Shown here one piece after another: positions 28,555 through 38,574 of a stretch of 64,000 nucleotides of DNA; within the stretch, counting starts at the first letter, position 1, and each line of letters starts with the position of its first letter. The translations under genes and the position numbers were made by a program. The stretch is from an uncultured Candidatus Saccharibacteria bacterium. GTDB lineage: Bacteria > Patescibacteriota > Minisyncoccia > Phycocordibacterales > Phycocordibacteraceae. The notes below the pieces were generated by a model, which saw nothing but the letters and a program-made list of their open reading frames with translations, was not told where the DNA came from and made no database searches. The stretch covers positions 6,661 through 70,660 of the forward strand of contig CAYOCH010000002.1 in assembly GCA_964402535.1 (NCBI GenBank), written 5' to 3'.

Positions 28555-30242
28555 TGTGGAGGCGACGCCGCAGGCAGGATCCGGAGATCGCGCCGGACGA
28601 GATATTCCTCGACTCCTCTAATTCGCCAGAGTTCGATCGTCGCCGATTCGAAGGCCGGCTCGAGACGCCCTTGCCGCGCGCGACGTTCGTGTGGCTCACG
28701 GCCGGTCTCTCGCTCATGTTCGGTGTCCTCGCGGTGCGCGCGTGGGACTTGCAGGCGGTGAACGGTGCCGCGTTCGCGGAGGAGAGCGCGCATAACAGCC
28801 TCGAGGCGCGGACGCTCTTCGCTCCTCGCGGCGTGATCACCGACGTGAACGGCGTCGTGGTCGCCGACAATGTGGAGCGGTCGGACGGCACGGTCGGCCG
28901 CGACTACCGGTATCCGTCGCTCAGTCAGGTGATAGGCTATGTCTCGTACCCGAAGAAAGATGCGAACGGCGTCTACTACGACACCGAGGAACGCGGCGTG
29001 GCCGGACTCGAAGCCGGGTATGATTCACTGCTCGCCGGCAAGAACGGTCGACTCCTCACCGAGATGGACGTCGCTGGCAACGTGCGGTCAGAGGGGACGA
29101 TCGTGCCAGCACAGGCGGGTGGGACGCTCGCGCTCTCGATCGACGCAGATCTGCAAGAGCGGCTCGCGCTCGCGATCGCCGATATTGCGCAGGCGCGAGG
29201 CTTCATCGCCGGCTCGGGCGTGATCATGGACGTGCAGTCGGGAGCCGTTCGCGCGCTCGTCTCCTACCCGAGTTACGACTCTGAGGTGATGAGCAACGGG
29301 AGTCCTGCCGCGACGATCGCTGGCTACAACGCGAACATCGGCCGCCCGTTCCTCGATCATGCGGTGCAGGGCGTCTACACGCCGGGCTCGATCGTGAAGC
29401 CGTTCGTCGCGGCCGGGGCTCTCACCGACGGGCTCATAACACAGAACACGGTGATCAACGACCCGGGCAGCCTGACGATCCCGGATCCATATCACCCCGG
29501 CAAGAGCTTCTTCTATAAGGGTTGGAAGGCTCTCGGTCCTGTGGATGTCGAAAAGGCGATCGCCTGGTCCTCGGACGTATTCTTCTACACCGTCGGCGGG
29601 GGCTTCGGCAGTCAGAAAGGGCTCGGCATCGACCGGCTCGAATACTGGTATCGGCAGTTCGGGCTCGGGAGCATGACGGGCATCGACCTCGCGGGGGAGG
29701 CGGCGGGTCTCATCCCGACGCCGGACTGGAAGCAAGCGACCTTCGGCGAGCCGTGGTACTTGGGCGACACCTACTTCACGGCGATCGGGCAGTACTCGGT
29801 ACAGGTGACGCCGGTGCAGATGGCGCGCGCGACCGCCGCGGTCGCGAACGGCGGCAAACTCTTCACCCCGACACTGCTGAAAGAACAAGCGCCCGCCTAT
29901 ACGACCGTTGCTGCGAGTCCCGCGATGCTCGCGGTCGTGCGTGCCGGCATGCGGCAGAGCGTCACGAGCGCGCTCGCGGGCGCGATCGACCTGCCGTACG
30001 TCTCGGTCGCGGCCAAGACGGGCACGGCGCAGACCGGCACGCGCAATCAATATGACAACTCGTGGGTCGAGGGCTTCTTCCCGTACGACAATCCGCGCTA
30101 CGCGTTCGCGGTCGTGCTCGAACGAGGGCCCCAGGGCGCCGGAGAGCAGGCGGTGAACGTGATGCAGGAGCTCTTCAGTTCTCTGTACGCCGCCAATTCG
30201 CCGTATGTAGGCGGTACTGCAACGACGACCGCGCTGCGCTAG
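28551..30242 (+). CDS. mrdA: Penicillin-binding protein 2
   Basis: PGSIVK, SSD, KTGTAQ; mre operon. Confidence 0.9.
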   Translation: MMWRRRRRQDPEIAPDEIFLDSSNSPEFDRRRFEGRLETPLPRATFVWLTAGLSLMFGVLAVRAWDLQAVNGAAFAEESAHNSLEARTLFAPRGVITDVNGVVVADNVERSDGTVGRDYRYPSLSQVIGYVSYPKKDANGVYYDTEERGVAGLEAGYDSLLAGKNGRLLTEMDVAGNVRSEGTIVPAQAGGTLALSIDADLQERLALAIADIAQARGFIAGSGVIMDVQSGAVRALVSYPSYDSEVMSNGSPAATIAGYNANIGRPFLDHAVQGVYTPGSIVKPFVAAGALTDGLITQNTVINDPGSLTIPDPYHPGKSFFYKGWKALGPVDVEKAIAWSSDVFFYTVGGGFGSQKGLGIDRLEYWYRQFGLGSMTGIDLAGEAAGLIPTPDWKQATFGEPWYLGDTYFTAIGQYSVQVTPVQMARATAAVANGGKLFTPTLLKEQAPAYTTVAASPAMLAVVRAGMRQSVTSALAGAIDLPYVSVAAKTGTAQTGTRNQYDNSWVEGFFPYDNPRYAFAVVLERGPQGAGEQAVNVMQELFSSLYAANSPYVGGTATTTALR

Positions 30243-30296
30243 GGCGTTTAACTTGCATGTTCATGAGGCTCGCGTACAATGCCCACACTACACACT

Positions 30297-30770
30297 ATGG
30301 CTGACCAACAACCGACCGTCGTTTCGCAGGAAAAGTTCGATGAGATGATCAAGGAGCTCGAGTTCTTGAAGACGGTTCGGCGCACCGAGATCGCTAAGAG
30401 CCTCGAATACGCTCGCTCGCTCGGCGACCTCTCTGAGAACGCGGAGTACCAGGAGGCGCGCGACTTGCAGGCAGCGACAGAAGAGCGCATCAAGAAGCTC
30501 GAGGAGCTCGTCAAGAACACGACCATCCTCACCGATGGCAAGAAGAAGAACGAGGTCGGCTTCAACTCTACGGTCGCGATCCGCAAGGAGGGCGCGAGGG
30601 AGTTGCACGAGTACACGATCGTCGGCAGCGAGGAGGCGGACATGCGCGTGAAGAAGCTCTCGCATCTCTCGCCGCTCGGCGCAGCCTTGATGGGCAAGAA
30701 GAAGGGCGACACCTTCTCCTTCTCGACCCCGGCCGGCAAGCAGACCTACACGATCGAAAAGGTAAGCTGA
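30297..30770 (+). CDS. greA: Transcription elongation factor GreA
   Basis: GDLSENAEY, SPLG.AL. Confidence 0.95.
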   Translation: MADQQPTVVSQEKFDEMIKELEFLKTVRRTEIAKSLEYARSLGDLSENAEYQEARDLQAATEERIKKLEELVKNTTILTDGKKKNEVGFNSTVAIRKEGARELHEYTIVGSEEADMRVKKLSHLSPLGAALMGKKKGDTFSFSTPAGKQTYTIEKVS

Positions 30771-30791
30771 TCGGGTGCTATAGTAGGGCAT

Positions 30792-32258
30792 ATGGCTTTA
30801 CTCGAGACGGTACACGCTGACCGGCTTGCTAAGATCGAACGACTGCGGGAGGCGGGCATGGAGGCGTATCCGGCTCGGACGCGCCGCACGCACGCCGTCG
30901 ACGACTTTCTCGAGAATCACGGCATCCTCGAGAAGAACAGCGAGGAAGTCGCGCTCGCCGGCCGCGTGCTGTCGCTGCGCGAGCACGGCGGGTCGATATT
31001 CGCAGATATTTTCGATGGGACGAAAGGGCAGTGCTACCTGCAGCGCGATAAGCTCGGCGACGACCTGTTCGACCTCTTCGTCGCGACGGTCGATACCGGC
31101 GACGTGATCGAGGTGTCAGGCCTCGCGTTCACGACGAAGCGCGGAATGCCGACGTTGGCCATCACCGGTTGGCGCATGCTCGCGAAGTCGCTCCGGCCGC
31201 TGCCGGACGAATGGTTCGGCATCAAGGACGAGGACGAGCGCTATCGCAAGCGTTACCTCGACATCTTGCTCACCAAGGATCTCGCTGACCGGATCAAGCG
31301 CCGTTCGCGGTTCTGGAACACGATTCGTTCGTACCTGCTCGAGCGTGACTTCATCGAAGTAGAGACGCCGGTCTTAGAGACGACGACTGGCGGGGCAGAG
31401 GCACGGCCGTTTGAGACGCACCACAACGCACTCGACTTGAATGTCTACCTCCGCATCTCGGCAGGCGAGCTATGGCAGAAGCGTTTGATAGTCGCGGGAC
31501 TGCCCAAGGTCTTCGAGATCGGGCGCATCTTCCGCAACGAGGGCATGTCGGCGGAGCATGCGCAGGACTACACGCAGGTCGAGTTCTATGAAGCATTTAA
31601 GGACTACGAGGCCGGGATGGAGATGGTTGCAGACCTGTATCGTAGGATTGCCGACGAGGTATATGGTACGCGCGTCTTCACGATCAAAGGACTTGAGATC
31701 GATCTGAATAAAGAGTGGGAGACCTACGACTTCTGCAAGCTGATGCAGGGCGCGTATGGATTCGATCCGCGCGAAGTCAGTGATCTGTCGGATGCAGACG
31801 CACGTGCGCTCTTGAAGAAACATGACCCGGCGTACGATGGGAATGAGGAGGGTATCGGCCGCGTCGTCGACCTGTTGTGGAAGAAGATCCGCAAGGGGCT
31901 CGCCGGACCCGGCTTCTTGATCAATGTGCCGGTATATCTTGAGCCGCTCGCGAAGAAGAGCGACAAGGATCCGCGCGTCGTAGAGCGATTCCAGGTGATG
32001 ATCGCCGGATCAGAGATCGGCAAGGGCTTCAGCGAGCTCAACGATCCCGTCGACCAGGCGGAGCGTTTCAAGCGTCAGCAGGAGCTGCGCGACGCGGGAG
32101 ACGAGGAGGCACAGATGCCTGACGCAGAGTTCGTCGAAGCACTCGAATACGGCATGCCGCCGGCCTTCGGCTTCGGCGTCTCGGAGCGGCTCTTCAGCTT
32201 TCTCGAGGGCGTCTCTGTGCGCGAGGGGCAGATCTTCCCCTTGATGCGTCCGAAATAG
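30792..32258 (+). CDS. lysS: Lysyl-tRNA synthetase (class II)
   Basis: GGAEARPF.THHN, FRNEG, ALEYGMPP. Confidence 0.95.
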   Translation: MALLETVHADRLAKIERLREAGMEAYPARTRRTHAVDDFLENHGILEKNSEEVALAGRVLSLREHGGSIFADIFDGTKGQCYLQRDKLGDDLFDLFVATVDTGDVIEVSGLAFTTKRGMPTLAITGWRMLAKSLRPLPDEWFGIKDEDERYRKRYLDILLTKDLADRIKRRSRFWNTIRSYLLERDFIEVETPVLETTTGGAEARPFETHHNALDLNVYLRISAGELWQKRLIVAGLPKVFEIGRIFRNEGMSAEHAQDYTQVEFYEAFKDYEAGMEMVADLYRRIADEVYGTRVFTIKGLEIDLNKEWETYDFCKLMQGAYGFDPREVSDLSDADARALLKKHDPAYDGNEEGIGRVVDLLWKKIRKGLAGPGFLINVPVYLEPLAKKSDKDPRVVERFQVMIAGSEIGKGFSELNDPVDQAERFKRQQELRDAGDEEAQMPDAEFVEALEYGMPPAFGFGVSERLFSFLEGVSVREGQIFPLMRPK

Positions 32259-32270
32259 GGCTTTCTTAGC

Positions 32271-32310
32271 AAGCACCGGCGCGGCGAGAGCCGCGCCGGT
32301 GCTTGTTTTT
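32271..32310 (+). terminator. Intrinsic terminator after lysS
   Basis: AAGCACCGGCGCGGC-GAGA-GCCGCGCCGGTGCTT + T-tract. Confidence 0.85.
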
Positions 32311-32337
32311 CTGACTGTTGATAACCTTAATAGGAAA

Positions 32338-32394
32338 AGTGGGGGAGAGTGGTGTAAGATTCATAACTAGTGGGAAGAAGTGGAACCGGAGTGG
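32338..32394 (+). promoter_or_regulatory. MraZ-binding direct repeats
   Basis: AGTGG at 32338, 32348, 32369, 32379, 32390 (helical-turn spacing) upstream of mraZ. Confidence 0.75.
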
Positions 32395-32430
32395 TGGCCG
32401 GTCTCCGCCCCCTCCCGCGCCACACCCGCC

Positions 32431-32859
32431 ATGTTCATCGGCGAATACCTGCACACGCTCGACCCGAAGAATCGTGTCTCGCTCCCGGCTAAATTCCGGA
32501 AGGACCTGGGCCGCACCGTCGTCATGACGCGCGGCCTCGATCATTGCCTCGTCGTCTACCCGAAGAAGGCGTGGCAGCAGGAAGCGCAGTCTCGCGTCGC
32601 GCACGCGAGCGGCACAGCAGCGGCGCGCGGGCTCGCGCGTCTCTTCCTCTCTGGCGCGATGGAGGCGGACGTCGACTCGGTCGGCCGCGTGCTCGTCCCC
32701 GACCACCTGAAGCGGTATGCAGGCCTGACGAGCAAGACGGTCATCGCCGGCGTCGCCGAGCGCGTCGAGATCTGGGACGAGAAGGCGTGGAAGGCCTACA
32801 CCGCCTCGATCGAGCGCGATGCCGACGCATTCGCCGAGCAGCTCGGCAACCCCGAGTGA
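32431..32859 (+). CDS. mraZ: Division/cell wall cluster repressor MraZ
   Basis: MFIGEY.H.LD.K.R..LPAKFR, D..GR...P. Confidence 0.95.
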   Translation: MFIGEYLHTLDPKNRVSLPAKFRKDLGRTVVMTRGLDHCLVVYPKKAWQQEAQSRVAHASGTAAARGLARLFLSGAMEADVDSVGRVLVPDHLKRYAGLTSKTVIAGVAERVEIWDEKAWKAYTASIERDADAFAEQLGNPE

Positions 32860-32860
32860 T

Positions 32861-33811
32861 ATGGAGGCGAAGCACGACAGCGTCATGACGGCAGAGGTAC
32901 TCGAGGCGCTTGCGGTGCAGCCCGCGGATACGGTCGTGGACGCGACCTTGGGCGGGGCAGGGCACTTCAAAGAGATCATCGCCGCGCTCGGCGAGGGCGG
33001 CACGATCGTCGGCATCGACGCCGACCAGGCAGCGGTCGAGCGCGCCCGCGAGGCCTACGCTGTGGACCGCCGCCCCGAGCGGCCGGTCGCGCACCTGGTG
33101 AACGACAACTTCCGCAATCTCTCGCGCATCCTCGAGCGCGTGAACGTCGGCCAGGTCGACAAGATCCTCTTCGATCTCGGGTGGAGCGGCTATCAGATCG
33201 CCGCGCCGCGGGGCTTCACCTTCCAGAGCGACGAGCCGCTTCTCATGACCTACGGCGAGGGCGGCGAGACGGCTGCCGACATCGTGAACTCCTCGAGCGA
33301 AGAGGAGCTCGCGGACATCATCGCGACCTACGGCGAAGAGCGCTTCGCGCGGAGCATCGCGCGCTCGATCGTCGCCGCGCGGCAAAAGGAGCGGCTCCTC
33401 ACGACCGGCGCTTTGGTCGAGGCGATCAAGGCCGGTACCCCGGCGTGGTACCACAATCGCAAGATTCATCCGGCGACTAAGACCTTCCAAGCGCTTCGCA
33501 TCGCCGCCAATGACGAGATCGGGGCTTTGAAGGAGGGGCTCGCGGCAGCGCTCGCAGCGCTCGCGCATGGTGGACGGCTCGCGGTGATCACCTTCCACAG
33601 CATCGAGGATCGCGTGGTCAAGAACGCGCTCCGCGCGGCCGCTGAGGGCGGCCTTGGCGCGCTCGTTTCTAAGAAGCCACTCGTCCCGTCTCGTGCCGAG
33701 GTGCTCGCGAATCGCCGCGCACGGAGCGCTAAGCTGCGCGTCTTTGAGCGCGCGGCGGCCGCAGAGGTCGAGGCCTCGGGATCGATGAGCATCATGCTGT
33801 CCTATGTCTAG
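32861..33811 (+). CDS. rsmH: 16S rRNA m4C1402 methyltransferase
   Basis: DATLGGAGH, HPATKTFQALRI, FHSIEDR, R.RSAKLR. Confidence 0.95.
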   Translation: MEAKHDSVMTAEVLEALAVQPADTVVDATLGGAGHFKEIIAALGEGGTIVGIDADQAAVERAREAYAVDRRPERPVAHLVNDNFRNLSRILERVNVGQVDKILFDLGWSGYQIAAPRGFTFQSDEPLLMTYGEGGETAADIVNSSSEEELADIIATYGEERFARSIARSIVAARQKERLLTTGALVEAIKAGTPAWYHNRKIHPATKTFQALRIAANDEIGALKEGLAAALAALAHGGRLAVITFHSIEDRVVKNALRAAAEGGLGALVSKKPLVPSRAEVLANRRARSAKLRVFERAAAAEVEASGSMSIMLSYV

Positions 33812-34130
33812 CCTCCGCGTATACCCCGTGAGAGCGAAGCCCTTTTACGGGGCCTATCTCCCGTTCTCGTTCTTCTCTCTTGCGAGCGGCACCGTCGGCG
33901 TGCTCGCGGTCGCCTATATCGGCCTCATCGCGGTCGTCATGAGCTATGCGGCGCTCTCCGTCGAGTTCTCGCAGTCGGTCAGGAGCGACGAAGCAGCAGT
34001 GGCGCAGCTTGAGTCGCAGTATCTCGACGCCGTCGAGCGTATCACGAGTACCGACTACGCCGCCGAGGGCTATCAGAAGCCGATCGCCCAAGTGTTCGTT
34101 CGGGCGCAGAGCGCCACCGCATTGCGCTAA
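33804..34130 (+). CDS. FtsL-like protein
   Basis: TM + coiled coil between rsmH and ftsI. Confidence 0.6.
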   Translation: MSSLRVYPVRAKPFYGAYLPFSFFSLASGTVGVLAVAYIGLIAVVMSYAALSVEFSQSVRSDEAAVAQLESQYLDAVERITSTDYAAEGYQKPIAQVFVRAQSATALR

Positions 34131-34140
34131 GATTGCGGAT

Positions 34141-35922
34141 ATGCGAGCGCAGTTCCGCAACCGCATCCGCTTCATCCTGTTCCTGGTCGTCGCCGCAGCA
34201 CTCCTCATCCTGCTGCGGCTCTATTTCATACAGATTGTCCGCGGCGACGACTATGCACAAAAGGCTGATCGGCAGTTCGCCTCGGGCGCGAGCGGCCTCT
34301 TCGACCGCGGATCGATCTACTTCACCCGCAAGGACGGGACGCTCATCTCCGCCGCGACGCTCGCGAGCGGCTTCTTGGTCGCGATCAATCCGCAGACCCT
34401 GGGCGACCCTGAGGCGGCGTATACGGCGATCAACGCTGCCGCATCGACCTCCGTCTTCATGTCGCACGACGCATTCATCGCAGCAGCAGCAAAGAAGAGC
34501 CAAGCCTACATCGAGGTAGCGCATCGGCTCTCGATCGCCGACGGGCAGGAGCTCGCCGACAAAGACATCCCCGGTGTGCAGGTCTTGAAGGAGCGTTGGC
34601 GCTACTATCCGGGCGGTACGATGGCGGCGCAGTCGATCGGCATCGTCTCTTACGGCTCGGGCGACACGCTCGCGGGTCAAACCGGGCTTGAGGCGCAATA
34701 TGAGGGCACGCTCTCGCGCGCGGGCGACTCGCTCTACAAGAACTTTTTCGCGCAGCTCTTCTCAGACGTGGGTAACCTGCTCGTGAACGCGCGCGACGCG
34801 CGCGAGGGCGACATCGTCACGACGATCGAGCCCGAGGTGCAGACGCGCCTCGAGCACGACTTGAAGAAGGTCAACGATCAGTATTCGAGCAAGGAGTCCG
34901 GCGGGATCATCATGGACCCCTCGACCGGCGCGATCGTCGCGATCGCCTCGTATCCGGCCTACGACGCGAACGATCTGCGCAATGTCGACGCGAGCCTCCT
35001 CGGCGACCCGCTCGTCGAGCACGTGCACGAGTTCGGCTCGATCGTGAAGCCCCTCACCATGACCTCTGGCCTCGACGCGGGCGTCATCACGCCGCAGACG
35101 ACCTACAACGACACAGGGTGCATCACCGTGAATACGGCGAAGATATGCAACTGGGACTTGAAGCCGCGCGGGGTGATCCCGATGCAGCAGATCATCGAGC
35201 AGTCCTTGAACGTCGGAGCCTCCTGGATTGCGACAGAGTTGGGGCAGGACAAGTTCCGCTCCTACTTCACGACGCTCTTCGGGCAGAAGACGGGCATCGA
35301 TCTGCCGAACGAGGGCCGCTCGCTCTTAAGCAACCTGAGTAAGCCGCAGCAGGTCGGCTACGACACTGCTTCGTTCGGGCAGGGTATCGCTGAGACGCCG
35401 GTGCAGGTGATTCGCGCTGAAGCCGCGATCGCGAACGGCGGCGTGATGGTGCAACCGCACCTCGTGAGCGCGATACGATTGAACTCCGGCATCACGCGCA
35501 CGCTCGACTGGAGCCGGACGACGCCGGTCTTCTCTGCGGCGGCGGCGCGCGAGACGACCGCGATGATGACCGCCCTCGTCGACGAGAAGCTTGAAAACGG
35601 CAAGGCCAAGATCCCGACCATGTCGGTCGCTGCCAAGACGGGCACCGCACAACTCACGAACGGTCGCGGCGGCTACTACACCGACCGCTTCTTCCACTCC
35701 TTCGTCGGCTATTTCCCATCATACGCGCCAAGGTTTATCATTCTCTTGTATACGAACGATCCCAAGGGCGTAGAGTACGCGTCGGAGACCCTGGACTCCA
35801 CCTTCCTTGACCTGACGCGCTTCCTCATCGACTATTACGCGATCCCGCCTGATCGCGGCCTGCCTGCCGGCCAGGCAGGCGTCACCGCGGGCGCGGCCGG
35901 GAGCAGTCAAGCGACACTATGA
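34141..35922 (+). CDS. ftsI: Class B PBP (FtsI/PBP3-like)
   Basis: GSIVK, SLN, KTGTAQ; dcw synteny. Confidence 0.88.
   Translation: MRAQFRNRIRFILFLVVAAALLILLRLYFIQIVRGDDYAQKADRQFASGASGLFDRGSIYFTRKDGTLISAATLASGFLVAINPQTLGDPEAAYTAINAAASTSVFMSHDAFIAAAAKKSQAYIEVAHRLSIADGQELADKDIPGVQVLKERWRYYPGGTMAAQSIGIVSYGSGDTLAGQTGLEAQYEGTLSRAGDSLYKNFFAQLFSDVGNLLVNARDAREGDIVTTIEPEVQTRLEHDLKKVNDQYSSKESGGIIMDPSTGAIVAIASYPAYDANDLRNVDASLLGDPLVEHVHEFGSIVKPLTMTSGLDAGVITPQTTYNDTGCITVNTAKICNWDLKPRGVIPMQQIIEQSLNVGASWIATELGQDKFRSYFTTLFGQKTGIDLPNEGRSLLSNLSKPQQVGYDTASFGQGIAETPVQVIRAEAAIANGGVMVQPHLVSAIRLNSGITRTLDWSRTTPVFSAAAARETTAMMTALVDEKLENGKAKIPTMSVAAKTGTAQLTNGRGGYYTDRFFHSFVGYFPSYAPRFIILLYTNDPKGVEYASETLDSTFLDLTRFLIDYYAIPPDRGLPAGQAGVTAGAAGSSQATL
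35858..35880. repeat. Intragenic palindrome
   Basis: GCCTGCCTG-CCGGC-CAGGCAGGC in the ftsI tail. Confidence 0.6.
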
Positions 35923-37205
35923 AAGAAGCGATGAAAAATACATGCAAATATCTGCTCGCGAGCCTGCTCGCGGTGTTTGCGCGCGCTGTCGTGCGTCGCT
36001 ATCGCCCGCGCATCGTGATGGTCACCGGCTCGGTAGGGAAGACCTCTACCAAGGACGCCGTCGCGGCCGTCCTCTCGACGCGCTTTTTCGTGCGTAAAAG
36101 CGCAAAGAGCTTCAATAGCGAGCTCGGCGTCCCGTTCACGATCCTCGGCGTCGAGAATCCGTGGACTGACGCGCTCGCGTGGCTGCTCATCTTCAAGAGC
36201 GCACTCGCACTCCTCCTGTTGCCGAATCATTATCCGAACTTGCTCGTGCTCGAGGTCGGCGCGGACAAGCCGGGCGACCTCGCGCGCATCTTGAAGATCG
36301 CCACGCCAGACGCCGTCGTCGTGACCAAGCTGCCCGAGATCCCCGTGCACGTCGAGGCCTACGCGTCGCCCGAGGCGGTACGCGAAGAGGAGTTCGCTCC
36401 GGCGCACGCGCTTAGGGGTGCTGCGCCGCTTATCGTCTCGACAGACGACCCGTACGCGCTCGATCATGCGCTCCGCACGCCGGCGCGCGTGATGACTTTT
36501 GGCGTCGCAGATAACGCGCTCGTGCACGTCTCGAACATCGATTTCTATACTGAAGAGGGGAAGGTCGCCGGTATGCAGGCAGATATCGGACTCGAGCAGG
36601 AGAAGGGGCGCTGCATCGTGAAGGGCTCCGTCGGTCGCACCCAGATCTGGCCCGCTGCGGCGGCGCTCGCCGCTGGCCATGCGTTCGGCGTCTCGCTAGC
36701 AGATTCTCTCGCCGCGCTTGGGGAGTATGTGCCGCCGCCAGGCCGCGGGCGGCTCTTCGTAGGCGTAAACGGCTCGGTCATCATCGACGACTCGTATAAC
36801 GCATCGCCGACGGCCGTTGAGGAGGCGCTTGCTACCCTCAAGGCGTTCCCGGCCACGGGGCGCAAGATAGCGGTGCTCGGCGACATGCTCGAGCTCGGGC
36901 GCTATTCTGCTGTCGAGCATGAGCGGATCGGTGCGCTCGCTGCAGAGTTTGCAGATGTCATCGTCGCCGTCGGGATCCGCGCTCGCGCGTTCGCGGCAGT
37001 GCCGGGTAGGGCAGAGGCGCTCCTCTTTGATGACTCGGCGAGCGCGGCTCGTGCGCTCGCAGACTATGTGCACGAGGGAGACGTGCTTGTGGTGAAGGGG
37101 TCGCAGTCAGTGCGCATGGAGCGCGTCGTCAAGGCGCTCCTCGCAGACCCACAAGACACTCCGCGCCTCGTGCGCCAAGAGAAGAAGTGGCTCGCTAAAG
37201 CGTAG
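35919..37205 (+). CDS. murF: UDP-MurNAc-tripeptide:D-Ala-D-Ala ligase
   Basis: TGSVGKTSTK, DDSYNASP, LGDMLELG, KGS. Confidence 0.92.
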   Translation: MKEAMKNTCKYLLASLLAVFARAVVRRYRPRIVMVTGSVGKTSTKDAVAAVLSTRFFVRKSAKSFNSELGVPFTILGVENPWTDALAWLLIFKSALALLLLPNHYPNLLVLEVGADKPGDLARILKIATPDAVVVTKLPEIPVHVEAYASPEAVREEEFAPAHALRGAAPLIVSTDDPYALDHALRTPARVMTFGVADNALVHVSNIDFYTEEGKVAGMQADIGLEQEKGRCIVKGSVGRTQIWPAAAALAAGHAFGVSLADSLAALGEYVPPPGRGRLFVGVNGSVIIDDSYNASPTAVEEALATLKAFPATGRKIAVLGDMLELGRYSAVEHERIGALAAEFADVIVAVGIRARAFAAVPGRAEALLFDDSASAARALADYVHEGDVLVVKGSQSVRMERVVKALLADPQDTPRLVRQEKKWLAKA

Positions 37206-37251
37206 CGCGGTCGGGGAAAGTCTGGTATAAGAAACAGCAAGTGCGATAGAT

Positions 37252-37323
37252 GGCCCTATCGTCTAACGGCTAGGACAGATCCCTCTCACGGATCAAATCA
37301 GGGTTCGATTCCCTGTAGGGTCA
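37252..37323 (+). tRNA. trnE: tRNA-Glu(CTC)
   Basis: GGCCCTA...GATCC-CTCTCAC-GGATC...GGTTCGATTCC...TAGGGTCA; no encoded CCA. Confidence 0.93.
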
Positions 37324-37328
37324 CAAAT

Positions 37329-37694
37329 CTAGTGGATCGTCGGTTTGTCGCCGCCGTCAAACAGCTTCTCGGCGAGGTTGTGTTCGAGGAACTTGCGGGT
37401 CTGTGAGAGCGACGCGAGCTCTTCGTTCGCCTGACCGACATTCGCCGCAGAGCCCTCGCCGATCTGGCGTTCGAGGGCAGCGATCTTGCCGTTCGTCGAC
37501 TCCATCCAGTCAGAGACGACCTTGCGGACGACAGCGAGTTCGGCTGCCGAGAGCTCGATGCCGGTGTGCTCAGCGTCGCGCATCGTGCGCTCTTCGCTCG
37601 TGAGGAGATGCTCCGGCTTGCCGTGGCTCTCGATCGCGAGATCGGCCGCGCGATGGATCGATTCTTTGCCAAACCCGAAGTGTGCGAATGTCAT
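37329..37694 (-). CDS. Hypothetical coiled-coil protein
   Basis: TAGCAT-N8-ATG; helical composition. Confidence 0.6.
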   Translation of the reverse strand: MTFAHFGFGKESIHRAADLAIESHGKPEHLLTSEERTMRDAEHTGIELSAAELAVVRKVVSDWMESTNGKIAALERQIGEGSAANVGQANEELASLSQTRKFLEHNLAEKLFDGGDKPTIH

Positions 37695-37788
37695 ATCTAT
37701 TGATGCTACGCCGCCCGCTCGGGCGGTCAACCGGCTGTGGTGCATAAACAAAAAGGGCGGGGAATCCCCACCCTCAGTGCTTCAGCCA

Positions 37789-38001
37789 TCAGGCCGGAGC
37801 GAACTTTTTTCTTGCGTTGCGGATCCTGCGACAAGCGAGTCGTCGCAGGAGGTTCCCGAGGTATTTCCTCCGGCCGCCGTCCGTGACACCGACTAGCGCA
37901 ATCCGGATCCCGTCCCCAACTCGACTCTCGATGTCACCTGCGAATCCCAACACGACGTTGAGTTTAGCCTCTTCTTCAGACGTCAGTTTCGCCTTAGTCA
38001 T
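37789..38001 (-). CDS. Small hypothetical protein
   Basis: GGGAGG upstream; hairpin downstream. Confidence 0.55.
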   Translation of the reverse strand: MTKAKLTSEEEAKLNVVLGFAGDIESRVGDGIRIALVGVTDGGRRKYLGNLLRRLACRRIRNARKKFAPA

Positions 38002-38125
38002 GCGATCCTCCCTGTAAAGGTTCAGCTAACAAGCAAAGGATAGCATACATATGCGCGCATGTCAAGCAAGCATTTATCCACAAAAAGAGTCGGCGCCCCG
38101 AGGGCGCCGATGAATGCGTGCCGGT

Positions 38126-38461
38126 TCAGGCCGCGAGTGCGCGATAGACATGCCGATTGTCGCGGAGCTGACGACAGATCGGCGTCACTCCGGTGATGCG
38201 GCTCACAACGCGCGCGAGCGTCGCCGCAGCGACGCGCGACTCGTGCTTATCCTTGAGTGCGACGATCCACTTCACTGCACTGGCGCCCGACTTGTTCAGG
38301 GTCAGAATGATCGAGCCGTTGACGAGCTCGTTTAGTCCGAGGACTAAGTTTGCCTGCCTGATACTGATCTCCTTCTTGAACCATATGCCGACGACGGATG
38401 GCTGTTCTAGCGAGACCTGTTCAGGGTGCACTGCGACAGCGTTGAAGTATTGATGCTTCAT
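38126..38461 (-). CDS. Hypothetical protein
   Basis: AAGGAG upstream; terminator-like hairpin at 38090-38110. Confidence 0.55.
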   Translation of the reverse strand: MKHQYFNAVAVHPEQVSLEQPSVVGIWFKKEISIRQANLVLGLNELVNGSIILTLNKSGASAVKWIVALKDKHESRVAAATLARVVSRITGVTPICRQLRDNRHVYRALAA

Positions 38462-38574
38462 GTAAGACTCCTTTCATCTATGTTGTAGGTGGAGCAGCAG
38501 TCGAGAGGCACAAGCATCATGCCGAAGAACACGACCGCTAAAACGGTACGATAAAAAGCGCAAAAGCGCAAGTG

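Noticed and set aside
38074-38082. DnaA box TTATCCACA (and a near match at ~43192) as oriC
   Set aside because: Isolated boxes with no cluster, no clear unwinding element and no dnaA/dnaN nearby
37252-38560. Integrated island at tRNA-Glu
   Set aside because: Orphan genes follow the tRNA, but I saw no integrase or duplicated tRNA 3' end
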